Source of the DNA: Turneriella sp.
Lineage (GTDB): Bacteria; Spirochaetota; Leptospiria; Turneriellales; Turneriellaceae
Length of the DNA: 64,000 nucleotides
NCBI GenBank assembly: GCA_965279515.1
Contig: CBDIID010000003.1
Coordinates: forward strand, 192,001 to 256,000
Direction: 5' to 3'
The notes below the pieces were generated by a model that saw only the letters and a list, made by a program, of their open reading frames with translations, had not been told where the DNA came from and did no database searches. Of this stretch, positions 37,147-46,384 are shown one piece after another (the stretch's first letter is position 1; each line of letters starts with the position of its first letter). The translations under genes were made by a program, and so were the position numbers.

Positions 37147-38357
37147 AACAGCAGTAAGCGTACCGGATCTTCAATAGCCTGTTTGACTTTGACGAGAAAG
37201 GTCACGGCTTCTTTGCCGTCGACGATACGGTGATCGTATGACAGCGCAATATACATCATCGGGCGGATTTCCACTTTGTCGACGCCGCCGTCGCTGACAA
37301 CGACAGCCCGCTTCACAATGTTGTGCATGCCAAGAATACCGCTCTGGGGGGGATTCAGAATCGGCGTCGACATCATCGAACCGTAGATGCCGCCGTTCGA
37401 GATCGTGAATGTGCCGCCTTCCATTTCGGGCAGCGTGATACTGCCTTCTTTGACGCGCAGCGCGAGGCGCGAAATCTCCATTTCAATTTCAGCAAAGTTC
37501 ATCTGATCGGCGTTGCGCACGATCGGTACCACGAGGCCTTTGGGGCCGCCGACAGCGACACCGACATCATAATAATTCTTATAGATAATATCGCTGCCCC
37601 GGATTTCGGCGTTGATAGCGGGGATCTCTTGCAGCGCTGCCGTGACGGCTTTCGTGAAAAGGCTCATGAAGCCGATTTTGACGCCGTATTTTTTCTGGAA
37701 TTCGTCGTTATGCTTCGTGCGCAGATCCATCGCCGGTTTCATATCGACTTCGTTGAAGGTCGTGAGAATCGCTGCCGTCTGCTGCGCCGATACCAGGCGT
37801 TCAGCAATGGCACGGCGCAGGCGTGACATGGGCTGCACGGTTTCGCGTTCGCCGGGTTTTCTCTGAATCTGTGTTACGGCGGGTTGTGCGGGAGCAGGGG
37901 CTGCGGCCGCGGGCTTATTGGCTATCGCACCGAGGACATCCCCCTTCGTCACCTGGCCATGTTTGCCGCTGCCCTGAAGAGCTGCGGCATCAATATTATT
38001 TTCAATGGCAATCTTCTTCGCAGCTGGGGGCAGGGTTTCTGCCATCGGCGATTTTGCCGCCGCCTGTGGTGCAGCCGGGGTTGGGGCAGGGGCGCTGGCA
38101 GCCGCGGTGGCGACGCCAGCCGAATCGATGATGGCGACAACTTCGCCGACCTTTGCATTCGCGCCTTGCGCTTTCGCGAGTTTCTTAACAACGCCGCCGG
38201 CCGGCGCGTAAATTTCCTGGGTTACCTTATCGGTTTCGATTTCAAAGAGCGCTTCGTCTGCTTTGATTGCCTCGCCTTCTTTTTTGAACCATTTTGAAAT
38301 AGTGCCTTCACTGATCGATTCCCCCATTGCGGGAATCTTAACCTCGATATCTGCCAT
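37143..38357 (-). CDS. sucB: 2-oxoglutarate dehydrogenase E2 (dihydrolipoamide succinyltransferase)
   Basis: ETDKV lipoyl motif, E3-binding domain, [27 protein letters not shown]. Confidence 0.96.
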   Translation of the reverse strand: MADIEVKIPAMGESISEGTISKWFKKEGEAIKADEALFEIETDKVTQEIYAPAGGVVKKLAKAQGANAKVGEVVAIIDSAGVATAAASAPAPTPAAPQAAAKSPMAETLPPAAKKIAIENNIDAAALQGSGKHGQVTKGDVLGAIANKPAAAAPAPAQPAVTQIQRKPGERETVQPMSRLRRAIAERLVSAQQTAAILTTFNEVDMKPAMDLRTKHNDEFQKKYGVKIGFMSLFTKAVTAALQEIPAINAEIRGSDIIYKNYYDVGVAVGGPKGLVVPIVRNADQMNFAEIEMEISRLALRVKEGSITLPEMEGGTFTISNGGIYGSMMSTPILNPPQSGILGMHNIVKRAVVVSDGGVDKVEIRPMMYIALSYDHRIVDGKEAVTFLVKVKQAIEDPVRLLLF

Positions 38358-38398
38358 AAATGGGAGACGTAACTTGCTGTCGGCGCGTCAATCGAATA

Positions 38399-38418
38399 GC
38401 GGGGCTGCATTGCCCCGC
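38399..38418 (-). terminator. GC-rich hairpin after the porin-like gene
   Basis: GCGGGGC-N6-GCCCCGC, 5 nt past the stop codon; poor U-tract. Confidence 0.35.
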
Positions 38419-38423
38419 CCCAA

Positions 38424-39371
38424 TCAGAAGTCGACGTGCAGGTTCAGGCCGAACAGCAGGCGTATGCCTTCGAAGTTCATGATCTTCGGTGCACCCTGGT
38501 TATAACTGCCGTCGGTCTTTTTTTCGTCGCCTGGGTTATTACTCAGATCGGAAAATCCGCCCGGCTTGTCGGTGCTGCTCGAGAGGCCGGTATTCTGCAA
38601 TTTATCGACAAAGCCGCCACGGGCACCGGATTGATACAATAAATCGACGTGTACGGAAAACCGGGAACCGATGCGGCGCTGCATACCGATGATGAATGTC
38701 GGACCATAGGCGAGGCCTTCGATGCGGTCGACGTCGTTTTTGGTATATGCGGCGGTTGTTGAGCTTGCAGCCCCTGCTTCATTGACGCTCTTCTCGATGC
38801 GCCCCCAGTAAAGGGTTGGGCCGCCGCCGATATAGAGCGTATTTTCTTTCGAAATCGGAATATCGAACATAAAGAGCAAGGGCACCTGCACCTGTGTTAC
38901 GCGCAGGTCGGAAGTATAGATCTTTTCAAAGCCGGCAGATTTGTCATTATACTGGTTGCTGATTGCAATAGGGAAGTCATAGGTGCCGTGAATTCTAATG
39001 CGCAGGAAGTCGAAGAAAACTGTCTGGATGCTCAAGCCGGCTGGTACTGCATAAACCACGGCGGATTGCGCCTGAATCTGCGCCTGCGGCGATGAAGATG
39101 TCGAGTTGATCGCATTCACTGTGGTGTTCATGGTGGTGACGTCGTCTTGCACGTACTGATTGCTCTGGATCGGGTTTGTCTGCACACCCGTCATGATACC
39201 GATCTGGAGCCTGAATTTGGAATCTTTAATTTTAGATTCGGATTTCAGAACTTCTTCCGGCGCAGCAGGGGCCGCAGCTGCCGCAGCAGGTTTTGGTTGC
39301 GGTTTTGCATAAACTGCAAAACCCGTGAGCACCAGGCTCGTCAAAGAGACAGAAAATACGTTGCGTAACAT
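38424..39371 (-). CDS. Outer-membrane beta-barrel resembling the leptospiral porin OmpL1
   Basis: Signal peptide; VQVPLLFMFDIPISKENTLYIGGG and GPTFIIGMQRRI resemble OmpL1 strands as I recall them; C-terminal Phe. Confidence 0.6.
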   Translation of the reverse strand: MLRNVFSVSLTSLVLTGFAVYAKPQPKPAAAAAAPAAPEEVLKSESKIKDSKFRLQIGIMTGVQTNPIQSNQYVQDDVTTMNTTVNAINSTSSSPQAQIQAQSAVVYAVPAGLSIQTVFFDFLRIRIHGTYDFPIAISNQYNDKSAGFEKIYTSDLRVTQVQVPLLFMFDIPISKENTLYIGGGPTLYWGRIEKSVNEAGAASSTTAAYTKNDVDRIEGLAYGPTFIIGMQRRIGSRFSVHVDLLYQSGARGGFVDKLQNTGLSSSTDKPGGFSDLSNNPGDEKKTDGSYNQGAPKIMNFEGIRLLFGLNLHVDF

Positions 39372-39377
39372 CCGGGC

Positions 39378-39405
39378 AGCTTAGCGAAGACAGCTGGCCT
39401 TTCAA
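39378..39405 (-). promoter_or_regulatory. Sigma70-type promoter predicting a leaderless transcript
   Basis: Minus strand reads TTGAAA-N16-TAAGCT-GCCCGG-ATG; no Shine-Dalgarno. Confidence 0.5.
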
Positions 39406-39485
39406 CCTATTTTTGGCGCGTCCGGCGCGAACTTTGCGGTGCATAAATTCCTTTGCCCCCTGTCGCACATCGAAAGTTGAGCAGT

Positions 39486-40748
39486 ATGCCTTATCCCCTC
39501 ATTCAGGCAGCAGATGCTGAGGTTTTCGCGGCGCTTAAAGCCGAAGACGACCGCCAAAACTCCCACCTCGAACTGATTGCGTCCGAAAATTTTGTCTCCC
39601 GTCCGGTGCTCGAAGCCTATACTTCGACGCTCACCAATAAATACGCAGAGGGCTATCCCGGTAAACGTTATTATGGTGGCTGCGGGCCATCGGATATGGT
39701 CGAGAATATTGCCATCGAACGCCTCAAGAAAATTTTTAACGCGCGGTTTGCCAACGTGCAGCCGCACAGCGGTGCATCGGCCAACCTCGCCGCCTTTTAC
39801 GCCACGCTGCAACCGGGCGACACGTATCTCGGGATGGATCTCTCGCATGGCGGTCACCTGACGCATGGCAGTGCGGTCAACTTTTCAGGCCTGTATTATA
39901 AACCCATTGCTTACGGCGTCGATCCCACAACCCACCTCATTGATTATGGCCAGGTCGAAAAACTTGCACTCGAACATAAACCGAAACTGATCATCGTTGG
40001 GGCATCTGCATACCCGCGTATCATCGATTTCCCGCGCTTTAGGCAGATCGCTGACAAGATCGGCGCCAAGGTCATGGTCGATATGGCGCACATCGCAGGC
40101 CTTGTCGCCGCGGGATTGCATCCGTCGCCTGTCGAATATGCCGACATCGTCACCTCGACCACGCACAAAACCCTGCGCGGACCCCGGGGCGGTATCATTC
40201 TCACCAATAGCGAAGAGATGATAAAAATTCTGAACTCGCGGGTGTTTCCCGGTGTGCAGGGCGGGCCGCTCATGCACGTCATTGCCGCAAAGGCTGTCGC
40301 CTTCGGCGAGGCATTGCAGGGCGATTTCAAGGCATACCAGCAGAATGTCGTCGCCAACGCGAAAACTCTCGCCGAACGGCTTGTGGAACGCAAGTTTGCA
40401 CTGGTCTCTGGCGGCACCGACAATCACCTGATGATCGTGAATACTTTCGATACTAAGGGAATCACAGGCAAAGACGCACAAGCGATGCTCGAAGCGGCGA
40501 ATATCACCACAAACAAGAATATGCTGCCCTATGATAAGAATAAGCCGGCGATTGCCAGCGGTATCCGCCTGGGTTCCCCGGCGCTGACGACCCGTGGCTT
40601 CGGCAAAGACGAATTCATCGAAACGGCAGATATTATCGCCGACATACTCGAAGCCAAGGGCAGCGACGACGCGCTGGCCAAAGGCCGCGAGCGTGTCGCA
40701 GCACTTTGCGCGAAATACCCGATGAAAAAATTCCGCCTCTGGGATTAA
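39486..40748 (+). CDS. glyA: Serine hydroxymethyltransferase
   Basis: [41 protein letters not shown]. Confidence 0.97.
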   Translation: MPYPLIQAADAEVFAALKAEDDRQNSHLELIASENFVSRPVLEAYTSTLTNKYAEGYPGKRYYGGCGPSDMVENIAIERLKKIFNARFANVQPHSGASANLAAFYATLQPGDTYLGMDLSHGGHLTHGSAVNFSGLYYKPIAYGVDPTTHLIDYGQVEKLALEHKPKLIIVGASAYPRIIDFPRFRQIADKIGAKVMVDMAHIAGLVAAGLHPSPVEYADIVTSTTHKTLRGPRGGIILTNSEEMIKILNSRVFPGVQGGPLMHVIAAKAVAFGEALQGDFKAYQQNVVANAKTLAERLVERKFALVSGGTDNHLMIVNTFDTKGITGKDAQAMLEAANITTNKNMLPYDKNKPAIASGIRLGSPALTTRGFGKDEFIETADIIADILEAKGSDDALAKGRERVAALCAKYPMKKFRLWD

Positions 40749-40753
40749 CGCCG

Positions 40754-41191
40754 ATGCGGCCGCAGACCCTGCTCCTGACGTTATCAGCGCCGACGCTGCT
40801 CTTTGCAGCAGGCCTCTCTGTGGCCGAGAAAAAGGCCGTGCGGCGTGAGATGATCGAGATGGATATCGCCGCCCGCAACCTGACCAGTATCATCGCCACA
40901 TCGGAAAAGAAAATGCTCGAAGATTCGCTCGAGCGCCTCATCACCTGGCAGATCAAAGACCATCCCGAGCACGGTAAAAATTTCCGTTCGGCGCTCAGCC
41001 GCTGGGAAAGCAAAGGCGCGCTGAAATACGGCAAGCAGGTTCAGACAGAAGCAAACGCCATGCGCTCTTATGCAGCGAGCCGCGGTAAATTTACTGCCGC
41101 TGACTGGACGCGCATCGCTAACGGTCTCAATAAAATACTCACAGCCTGCCAGGGCTGCCACGATCTCACACGCAAGGAAAACACCCCATGA
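40754..41191 (+). CDS. Class II (c'-like) monoheme cytochrome c
   Basis: Signal peptide, helical sequence, a single C-terminal CQGCH. Confidence 0.7.
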   Translation: MRPQTLLLTLSAPTLLFAAGLSVAEKKAVRREMIEMDIAARNLTSIIATSEKKMLEDSLERLITWQIKDHPEHGKNFRSALSRWESKGALKYGKQVQTEANAMRSYAASRGKFTAADWTRIANGLNKILTACQGCHDLTRKENTP

Positions 41192-42150
41192 AAAAATTCT
41201 ACGAAAGCTATTTCAAGCTGCACCAGCGCATCCAGAAGAACCGGTTCCTCGCGGGGATTGCCTCATTAGGCTGGCTGATTGCCTTCGTTTTTGCCATCAA
41301 GACCAGTGTGCTCGATGCCAATAATATTCCCTCGCCGTCTATGGAGCCGACGCTCATGATCGGGGATTTCCTGTTTGTGAATAAGATGCGCTATACGCTC
41401 GACCTGCCTTACACCAATATTCACCTGTTGCGCATTGCCTATCCCGAGCGCGGCGATATTGTGACTTTCACGCCGCCGCAGGATTCGGCTTCTTACGTCA
41501 ATAAAACCCTCGTCAAACGCGTCGTCGGTGTGCCGGGCGATACGCTTGAAGTCAATGACCATGAAATCACGATTTCAGGCGTGAAGTATCCGACCTCGAA
41601 AACGGAAAACGAACCCCTGCTGAGGACCTTACAAAACGGCAGAACCTCGGAATCCGAACAACTCTACACAGAGAATATTATCGATCCGAAGACGGGCAAG
41701 CTGATTGTCAGCCATTACATGATGAAAAGAAGAGGCGGGGGCGACACCGTCATGTCTTCACCGGGCCGCAAATGGGTGATACCGCCGCGCAAATACCTCA
41801 TGATGGGTGACAACCGCGACCACAGCTCCGATGGCCGTGCCTGCGAGATGGTTGAGACAAAACACCGCCGCGCCTGCGGCGAGTTCAATAACTGCCAGGC
41901 CGACGTCATCACGGGGCATAAAACAGAACAGCAGTGCATCCTCATCTATTCGCAGGCCGAGGGACAGACCTGGGGCCTCATCGACGCGGACAAGATCCAT
42001 GGCAAGGTCTATCTTTCGTATTTATCCGTAAACTGGGGTACCGGCACGAACAGTGAGCTGAACCCGATTGTAAATCTCATGAAAACCATCAGCGGCGATT
42101 TCACCGGCGTCTATGTACGCTGGGAGAGAACTTTTAGAAGGATTTACTAA
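41188..42150 (+). CDS. lepB: Signal peptidase I
   Basis: IPSPSMEPTL, GDFLFVNK, RGDIV, LVKRVVGVPGD, MGDNRDHSSDGR. Confidence 0.92.
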   Translation: MKKFYESYFKLHQRIQKNRFLAGIASLGWLIAFVFAIKTSVLDANNIPSPSMEPTLMIGDFLFVNKMRYTLDLPYTNIHLLRIAYPERGDIVTFTPPQDSASYVNKTLVKRVVGVPGDTLEVNDHEITISGVKYPTSKTENEPLLRTLQNGRTSESEQLYTENIIDPKTGKLIVSHYMMKRRGGGDTVMSSPGRKWVIPPRKYLMMGDNRDHSSDGRACEMVETKHRRACGEFNNCQADVITGHKTEQQCILIYSQAEGQTWGLIDADKIHGKVYLSYLSVNWGTGTNSELNPIVNLMKTISGDFTGVYVRWERTFRRIY

Positions 42151-42170
42151 AAACCGATAATAAAGGAGAT

Positions 42171-43715
42171 ATGCGGAAAACATCCCGCACCCTTTTTGTT
42201 GCATTATGTCTCGTTGCAGCCGCCACCTTAGCGGCGTGCATTGGCCATGTTGCCGCTGACCACCACGGAACTACCGGGACGGCAGACGTATACCCAGCCC
42301 GCATCACGGGTGTCAAAACGCTCGAAACCGGTAGGATTGAAATCCGGCTGGTGCATGAAAAGACGGGCGACTTTGATGCCGCCGAAGCCGTCACAGGTGC
42401 CTTTAAACTGCGTGAGAATGGTATTGCCCAGAATTCCCTGGCTGTCGAAGCCGTGCCGGCGCGCGAAACGATCTCGCGGACCATCATTCTCGCCGATCTC
42501 AGCCGGTCGCTGAGCCGCAGGCAGTTTGCGAATTTCAAACGCGCCGCTCTGGCCTTCGCTGACAGGCTCAAACCCGGCGACACCGCGGCGCTCGTCACAT
42601 TCCACCGCAAGGTTTACCGCGAGCTCAATTTTACCTCTGACCGCGAACTTCTGAAGAAGCGCATCCGTGCGCTGAAGCAGACGGGCAACCGCACCATGCT
42701 CTATGATGCGCTGATCGAGGCGCATAAGATGCTGGCCGATGCGCCGATGCGCAAGGCGATTGTGCTCTATACCGATGGCAAAGAAAACGCTTCGCGCGTC
42801 ACGATGTCTGACCTTATCGAACTCTACAGCGCGAACCCGGTGCCGCTCTTTGTCGCGGGAAAACACCGCTCTTACGCGCTGAAACGGCTCATTCGCCTCG
42901 CGCGGGTTTCGGGCGGGGATGCCTTCCGCGCCGACGACGGCCACGACCTGGCAAAGGTTTTCCACTACCTGACCCGGCTGCGGCATCGCGAATTTATCCT
43001 GACTTATAAGACCGCGCAAAAACCCGGTGCGACCCTGGACCTGGAAATCGACACCGGCGCGCCGGGGCAAAGCCTCGTGCGCTCTTACACAATACCGACG
43101 GCGTCGTGGCAGGCCCCGCCGGCAACGGAAAATGAAAAAGCCGGTGAAAAGCTGTTTTCGGCTGGGCTGATAACGAGTTTAAGGACGCACATGCCGGAGA
43201 TTCTGCTCTCGCTTATCGTACTCCTGCTGGTCGCAGTCATCATCATGCTGTTCTTCCGCAAGCAGGAGATTACGGTCAAGGTAGAAAATACCATGCCGCA
43301 GGCATTTGTCGCGCCCGACCAGATGTTTCCCGTTGCTGAAAAAAAGTCAGAGATGGAAAGGGCCAAGCTGCCGCTCGACTACCACCATGGCTGGCTCGTC
43401 GAAAAAGAGGGGCCGCATACCGGCCGCAAGTACCGCATCAACTGGCATACCGTCACCCTGGGTTTTTCAGACGATAACAGTATTGTGATCGACGACAATA
43501 CTGTTTCTCCCCGCCATGCGAAGATTGAACGCGAGGCGCGCAAGTTTGTGCTCTATGACCTGATGTCTGAAACCGGCACGAATCTCAATGGCAAAAAACT
43601 TTTACGCCCGAAAGAACTGAACGATTTTGATGAAATCGGGCTCGGCAGAACGAAATTGATATTCCGCAAGAGCTCCGCGTCGTTTGAGAAATCGAACCGC
43701 GGCGCGGCGGATTGA
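42171..43715 (+). CDS. vWA - TM - FHA domain protein
   Basis: MIDAS DLSRS...T...TDG; TM segment EILLSLIVLLLVAVIIMLFF; C-terminal FHA (VSPRHA, DLMSETGT). Confidence 0.85.
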   Translation: MRKTSRTLFVALCLVAAATLAACIGHVAADHHGTTGTADVYPARITGVKTLETGRIEIRLVHEKTGDFDAAEAVTGAFKLRENGIAQNSLAVEAVPARETISRTIILADLSRSLSRRQFANFKRAALAFADRLKPGDTAALVTFHRKVYRELNFTSDRELLKKRIRALKQTGNRTMLYDALIEAHKMLADAPMRKAIVLYTDGKENASRVTMSDLIELYSANPVPLFVAGKHRSYALKRLIRLARVSGGDAFRADDGHDLAKVFHYLTRLRHREFILTYKTAQKPGATLDLEIDTGAPGQSLVRSYTIPTASWQAPPATENEKAGEKLFSAGLITSLRTHMPEILLSLIVLLLVAVIIMLFFRKQEITVKVENTMPQAFVAPDQMFPVAEKKSEMERAKLPLDYHHGWLVEKEGPHTGRKYRINWHTVTLGFSDDNSIVIDDNTVSPRHAKIEREARKFVLYDLMSETGTNLNGKKLLRPKELNDFDEIGLGRTKLIFRKSSASFEKSNRGAAD

Positions 43716-44914
43716 GGAAATCCTTGGCAGCTCAAAAACCGAAATATTCTATTGACTTGCGTCGTTTAAAACTCGGCAAAAGTGAAATTATTCTCCTGGG
43801 CACAGCCCACGTCAGCCGCGAGAGTGTCGATGACGTAGCGCTTGCCGTTCAAAAAGAAAAGCCCGATGCGGTGCTCATCGAACTCGACGAGGGCAGGGCG
43901 AAGAACCTCAAGGATCCCGACCACTGGAAACACATGGACATCGTGCAGGTCATCAAGACCGGCAAGATCTACCTGCTGTTCTCGTCGATTCTGCTGTCGA
44001 TCTTCCAGAAAAAGATGGGCGACCGCCTGACCTCTGCCCCAGGCGCCGAATTCAAAAAGGCGATGGAACTCTCGGAGAATAACGAAATCGCGCATTATTT
44101 CATCGACCGCGAAATCCGCATTACCCTGAAGCGTGCGTGGCAAAGCGTTGGTTTCTTTGGCAAGCTGCGGCTTATCAGCGAACTGATTGCATCGCTCTTC
44201 GTCAGCGAAAAAATGGAAAAAGACGATATCGAAAAGCTAAAAGAAAAAGATGCGCTGCAGACCGTTCTCGATTCTTTACCGCCGTCATTCCGCCGCATCC
44301 GCGAAATCGTCATCGACGAGCGTGACCAGTATATGGCGCAGAAGGTGCGCGACATCACTATCCATGCCGAAAAGAAACCCAAGCGCGCACTGGTCGTAGT
44401 CGGCGCCGGTCATTTGCGCGGCCTCGAAGAGGCGCTGCAGCGCGAGCATGACCTGAAACAGCTCACGGCGGTGCGCGAACCGAAGATTATCCGTTCACTG
44501 ATTGCCTTTCTCTCACCCATCGTGATCATTGTCGCATTTCTCACCTATTTCACCTTCTACGGCAACAAGAAGCTCGACCTGGCAGCGACGCTGAAAACCT
44601 GGATTATCATCAAGTGTTCGGTGACGGCCGCCATCACCCTTATCTGGTCTCCGCACTTTCTCGCCTGGCTCGGCGGGGTCGTGGTGTCTCCGGTCAGTAC
44701 ATTTTTGCCGGTCATCAAATCAGGCTGGATCGCCGCACTGGTCGAAGCTATTTTCCGTAAACCCGAAGTCACCGATTTTGAATCGATGGCAGAGGCAACG
44801 ACGAAATTCAAGAGCTTTTACCGCAACCGTATTTTCCGCATCTTCATGGTGTTTTTTCTCGGGCAGTTTTCGAGTGCCGTGGGTTACTGGGTCTTTATCT
44901 GGTACGTAAAGTAA
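43712..44914 (+). CDS. TraB/GumN family protein
   Basis: LLGTAHVS, IELDEGR, PGAEF, IDERD, VVGAGH; C-terminal TM helices. Confidence 0.9.
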   Translation: MRKSLAAQKPKYSIDLRRLKLGKSEIILLGTAHVSRESVDDVALAVQKEKPDAVLIELDEGRAKNLKDPDHWKHMDIVQVIKTGKIYLLFSSILLSIFQKKMGDRLTSAPGAEFKKAMELSENNEIAHYFIDREIRITLKRAWQSVGFFGKLRLISELIASLFVSEKMEKDDIEKLKEKDALQTVLDSLPPSFRRIREIVIDERDQYMAQKVRDITIHAEKKPKRALVVVGAGHLRGLEEALQREHDLKQLTAVREPKIIRSLIAFLSPIVIIVAFLTYFTFYGNKKLDLAATLKTWIIIKCSVTAAITLIWSPHFLAWLGGVVVSPVSTFLPVIKSGWIAALVEAIFRKPEVTDFESMAEATTKFKSFYRNRIFRIFMVFFLGQFSSAVGYWVFIWYVK

Positions 44915-46301
44915 GTTCGGCAATTGTTTCTGTAATCAGCCCGCCGAAGCTACCGTTCGTCATAAAACATACCAGATCGCCCGGCAGTAGCTGAGCGATG
45001 ACAAAGGCAGCGCGCTGTTCCTGGGGTAAAAGGTGCACAACCTTCCCGCAGCTTTCGAGATCAGCCTTGAGCCTGGCCAGATCGAGTCTTTCGGCATAGC
45101 TGTATTTTTCCGCGCGGTGAATAGCATCGATAAAAACGACATCGGCAGCTGTCAATGCTTCGGGCAAGGTGGTTTGAAAAAAATTGCGGACCATCGTGTT
45201 GCTGCGGGGTTCGATTAAGACGACAAGCCGCCGGTTCGCATAGAGCTCGCGCAGCGTTTCGAGATTGGCACGGATCGCTGTGGGGTGGTGCGCGAAATCT
45301 TCAATTACTGTTGCAAAGGAGTTTTCGAGGCGGATCTGCAGACGCCGCTTGACGCCGGCGAACGTGTCGAGCGCCGCCTGAATCTGCGCCTCAGAGAGGC
45401 CCTGGTCTGAGATCAGCGCCAGCGCTGCGAGGGTGTTTAAGGCATTGTGCTTGCCCTGGAGCTGGCTCAAAAGCACGATTCCCTTGTCCTTGTGCCTGAA
45501 ACGAATCTCCGTCTGTCCCGAATGTTTGACGCTTAAAAGGCGATAATCCGCACTCTCTGCCTCGCCGAATGTCACCACACGGGTTTTTGCTGCGGCGGCG
45601 AGTTTCACGCATGAGGGATTGTCTGCGTTGGTAACAAGCAGGCCATTTTGCGGAATAATTTTTATAAGCCGGGCAAAGGTCTTCTCGACATCTGTGAGGT
45701 CGGCGAAAATATCGGCGTGATCAAATTCGATATTGTTGATAATGACGTGCGTCGGGCGGTACGATAAGAATTTCGAACGCGGATCAAAGATAGAGGTATC
45801 GTATTCATCCCCCTCGATGACAAAACAAGCAGCCGAACCTACTGCCGCGCTCCTGGGGAAATTTTCGGCGACACCGCCGATCATATAACCGCAGTCGATG
45901 CCGTTGTGGTGCAGAATATGCGTAACAAGCGCCGTTGTCGTCGTTTTGCCATGCGTGCCGGCGATGACATAACTTTGCCGGTTGCCGATGATTTTGCCGG
46001 CAATAAATTCCGGCAATGATAAAATCTGCAGCCGCCGGTTGAGCGCCTCTTCGAGCTCGGGGTTGCCCCGCGAAATGGCATTACCCAGTACGACGATGTC
46101 GGGTGTGTAACTGAGGTTGCCCGCGTCATAACCTTCATTGTAGGGAATCCCGCTTGCGATCAGCTCATCGACAGTGGGGGGATAGAGATTCTGGTCCGAA
46201 CCCCGTACATGGAAGCCCAGCTCCTGCGCCATGATTGCAGCGCCGGCCATGGCAGTGCCGCCGATGCCGATAAAGTGGATATTCTGGTTTGCGGTTTGCA
46301 T
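44895..46301 (-). CDS. mpl: Murein peptide ligase (Mpl/MurC family)
   Basis: HFIGIGGTAM, GSDQNLYPP, GNAISRGNPE, GTHGKTTT, EGDEYD, FAHHPTAI, EPRSNT (Mpl-type). Confidence 0.85.
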   Translation of the reverse strand: MQTANQNIHFIGIGGTAMAGAAIMAQELGFHVRGSDQNLYPPTVDELIASGIPYNEGYDAGNLSYTPDIVVLGNAISRGNPELEEALNRRLQILSLPEFIAGKIIGNRQSYVIAGTHGKTTTTALVTHILHHNGIDCGYMIGGVAENFPRSAAVGSAACFVIEGDEYDTSIFDPRSKFLSYRPTHVIINNIEFDHADIFADLTDVEKTFARLIKIIPQNGLLVTNADNPSCVKLAAAAKTRVVTFGEAESADYRLLSVKHSGQTEIRFRHKDKGIVLLSQLQGKHNALNTLAALALISDQGLSEAQIQAALDTFAGVKRRLQIRLENSFATVIEDFAHHPTAIRANLETLRELYANRRLVVLIEPRSNTMVRNFFQTTLPEALTAADVVFIDAIHRAEKYSYAERLDLARLKADLESCGKVVHLLPQEQRAAFVIAQLLPGDLVCFMTNGSFGGLITETIAELTLRTR

Positions 46302-46384
46302 TCGCCGCATCTGCATCGGGGCTGCGACACCCGACGGAAATCTAAATCCGCTTGCGGAAGCGGCGGCATCGCTTAAATAGTACC

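Noticed and set aside
37143..38357. sucB without adjacent sucA/lpdA; Ala/Pro-rich repeats
   Set aside because: Split operons and flexible linkers are common.
39423..39438. CGGCGC-GAACT-TTGCG, sigma54-like site before glyA
   Set aside because: Spacing is right but the -24 element is weaker and the target is housekeeping; could be chance.
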